Below are positions 12,526 to 17,414 of a stretch of DNA of 17,414 bases, in pieces. The notes beneath the pieces were generated by a model, which saw only the letters and a program-made list of their open reading frames with translations, was not told the origin of the DNA and did not search any database. Source of the stretch: Eledone cirrhosa (lineage: Eukaryota); assembly GCA_964016885.1 (NCBI GenBank), contig CAXHJY010000788.1:1-17414 (forward strand). Reading direction: 5' to 3'. The position numbers were made by a program, and so were the translations under genes. Numbering within the stretch: the stretch's first letter is position 1; each line of letters starts with the position of its first letter.

Positions 12526-13950
12526 TATATATTACATACTATATAGTATATATTACATTATATATACTATATATACTATATATACTCTATATACTCTATA
12601 TTTCATAATATATAGTATATATTACATAACATAAAGTATACATTACATAATATATACTATATATTACATACTATGTAGTATATATTACATAATATATAGT
12701 GTATATTACACAATATATACTATATAATATGCAATATATAGTATATATTACATAATATATAGTATATATTACATAATATATAGTATAGATTACATAATAT
12801 ATACTATATATTATGTAATATATAGTATATATTACATAATATATAGTATAGATTATGTAATATATACTATATATATATATTATATCATATATATTACATA
12901 ATATATAGTATATATTACATAAAATATACTATATATTTCATAATATATAGTATATATTTCATAATATATAGTAGATATCATGTAATATATACTATATATT
13001 ATTAAATATATACTATAAATAGTATATAGTATATATAATATATATTACATAATATATAGTATATATAATGTAATATATACTATATATTACATTATATATA
13101 CTATATATACTATATATGGTATATATTACATTATATATACATATATGTATTATGTAATATATAGTATATATATATAGTATATATATTACATAATCTATAC
13201 TATATATTATGTATTATACACTATATATAGTATATATAATGTAATATATACTATATATTATGAAATATATAGTATATATTATGTAATATATACTGTATAT
13301 AGTATATATAGTATATATTAGAAATATATAGTATATATTACATTATATATTCTATATATTATGTAATATATACTATAGATAGTACATATTATATATAGTA
13401 TAGTATATACTATATATTACATAATATATACTATATATTATGTAATCTATACTATATATTATGCAATATATACTATATATTACATTATATATACTATATA
13501 TTATGTAATATATATTATATATACTATACATACTATATATAGTATATATTTCATAATATATAGTATATATTAAATGATATCTACTATATATTATGAAATA
13601 TATACTATATATTATGTAATATATATTATATATACTATATAAACTATATATAGTATATATTACATAATATATACTATATAGTACATTATATATACTATAT
13701 ATTATGTAATATATAGTATACATTACATTATATATACTATATATTACATTTTATATAGTATATATTATATTATATATAGTATATATTATGTAATATATAG
13801 TATATATTATATTATATATAGTATATATTATGTAATATATAGTATAGGTGGTAGATATAGTGTCTGTGTGGTAGATATAGTGTGTTTAGTAGTGGTCTCC
13901 TATAGGTAGCTGTGTTGTCTAGAACTAGTCACAAAAGTATTAGTAATAAT

Positions 13951-14030
13951 AACAGTAGTAGTTGTAGTTGAAGTAGTAGTAGTAGTGGAAGTAGTAGTAG
14001 TAGTAGTTGTAGTAGTAGTAGTAGTAGTAA
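13951..14030. repeat. (GTA)n
   Basis: Direct reading. Confidence 0.9.
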
Positions 14031-14636
14031 TATATATATATATATTTATATCGAGATACAATTATGTATATATATATATATATATATATATTCATTTATA
14101 TTGTGTGGGTTACACATGGGTAGAACTGGTCTCATTTCGTTTAGTTAATCATGATGTAATAGTAGGAAAACACTCTACGTTGTGCAAGTCTTCCACCGTC
14201 GATGTGATATCCTGTGGAGGTGCAGGAACGGAATTAAATATTTATCTAAAACAACAGAAGATCGAACTGGAAATATCTCTTTAAAGTTTTAATGTTACAA
14301 AACAAAAACAAACAAAACATTATACGTATTTCAATGGTCTGGTTGCATCATCTGATCAAGACGCAAGACCGTGGCGACATCATCATCGCCATCACCATCA
14401 CCATCACCATCACCACCATCACCATCACCATCACCATCATCCTGGCGTCGATTTAATCAACTTTCCCCTCCACCAAAATTGCTGGCCTTGTGCCTAAACC
14501 ACAAATCATTATTATTATTATTAGCCTCACAGTTGGTAAGTGAAGTTGGATTCGCTGAATTGAATTATCATGGAATGATGAAGATGAAAAGTACCTACAA
14601 AAAATATAGGTAATTTCAGAACAATTTATATATATT

Positions 14637-14637
<1 letters not shown>

Positions 14638-14723
<86 letters not shown>
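14638..14723. repeat. Perfect (GT)n
   Basis: Direct reading. Confidence 0.95.
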
Positions 14724-14726
<3 letters not shown>

Positions 14727-14884
14727 TGAAGATAAACATACATCCATACATATAAAAGCACAGACAAAGACACAAACTCTGTCTTTCTCATATATATATA
14801 TATAATGAGAGAAATACACACAGATAGATAGGTATGTATATATATATATGTATTTATATGTATATATATATATATATGTATATA

Positions 14885-14901
14885 TAAGTCATGTATCTGT
14901 A

Positions 14902-14934
<33 letters not shown>

Positions 14935-15085
14935 TAAATATATATATATATGTATATACATAGGCACGAACATATATATATATATATAGTATACACAATG
15001 AGTTATATATATATGTGTGTGTGTGTGGCTATGTATATACATATATATATTTATATATATATGTATATTACAGATACATGACTTA
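14885..15085. repeat. Inverted repeat / MITE-like foldback (~200 bp)
   Basis: Perfect 22-bp IR taagtcatgtatctgtaatata (14885-14906) / tatattacagatacatgactta (15064-15085), extending imperfectly inward to about 14963/15029. Confidence 0.7.
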
Positions 15086-15091
15086 ACTCAT

Positions 15092-15133
<42 letters not shown>

Positions 15134-15392
15134 CACATATATATATATTTGTCATTAAAAAAAAAGTAATCGATTATAGGAAGGCGGGACAAAGAATAAT
15201 TATGAGAAGTTGGTGGAGGTGGGGCTGGTGGGGATGGGTGGGTGGGCAATGACGAGTTCTAATCAAATTGTGAATTTTAATTTTAATATTTAAAAAGACA
15301 GAGGAAGAAGAAAAAAATCAAATAGATTAAAAATATATCAAATTTCGCTTCTCTTTTCCAACAACAAAGAAAGCGATAACAATATGTATTGA

Positions 15393-15487
<95 letters not shown>

Positions 15488-15974
15488 CATATGTATATAT
15501 ATATATATTACATAACTATATATATATATATATATATATATACATACAGTATATATATATTTACAATAGAAATATTGAAAATGGAACATGCAGAATAGTT
15601 GAGAGACAAATATACAACCCACCCCACCAAAAAAAGAAACAAAACAAAACAAAACAAACAAAAAACAAAACAAGAACAACAAAAACAAAACATACCAGAA
15701 ACAGAAGGTAAGTGAGAAAATGACATGAGGGGGGAGACTCATTAAAGAAATGAAACGATTACTAAAAACAAAATAAATATAAAATATATATAACAAAAAT
15801 AAAAACAAACGTAAAAATAATACATAATGAATGTTGAAATAATAAGAGGCATAATAAAGATTTCACTCTCTCTTTCTTTCTTTCTTTCCTTCCTTCTTTC
15901 TTTGATGAAAAATTCCTTCACCCCCAAAGGATAGTGTCATAACGACAAAATGATTTTCCAACATTTTCTCTTAA

Positions 15975-17414
<1,440 letters not shown>

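Larger units (their letters stand above)
11970..13845. repeat. Degenerate 21-bp AT-rich satellite (aatatata[g/c]tatatatt[acat/atgt]) interrupted by the LINE fragment
   Basis: Repeated aatatatagtatatattacat units (clear at 12733-12800) with interspersed tacta and ttatgtaa variants. Confidence 0.9.

Noticed and set aside
14371-14613. His- or Ser/Pro-repeat ORF
   Set aside because: Derived from a (CATCAC)n repeat; no homology recognised.
15705-15713. Perfect splice donor AAG|GTAAGT
   Set aside because: Upstream sequence is an (AAAAC)n tract with no acceptor or credible exon.

Overview
Non-coding, extremely simple-repeat-rich eukaryotic DNA, most of it (AT)n/(AC)n/trinucleotide microsatellite and minisatellite. 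The style suggests an SSR-rich invertebrate such as a cephalopod (inference only). Nearly all ORF-track entries are repeat artefacts. The one recognisable protein is a 5'-truncated RTE-clade LINE ORF2 C-terminus (12220-12513) with a (TAGA)n tail, inserted into a 21-bp palindromic AT satellite. The most notable signal is a 680-bp cluster (8566-9245) with four hammerhead-ribozyme (HHR)-like motifs from three unrelated sequence families, laid out +A, +B, (AC)n(AT)n, -C, -A. A second family-C copy at 67-259 forms a 113-bp palindrome. These look like Penelope-like-element/retrozyme-type remnants sitting in TA microsatellites. Each has a deviant or disrupted core, so catalytic activity is not established. 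No host gene can be confidently called; two splice-consensus exon candidates are noted at low confidence.
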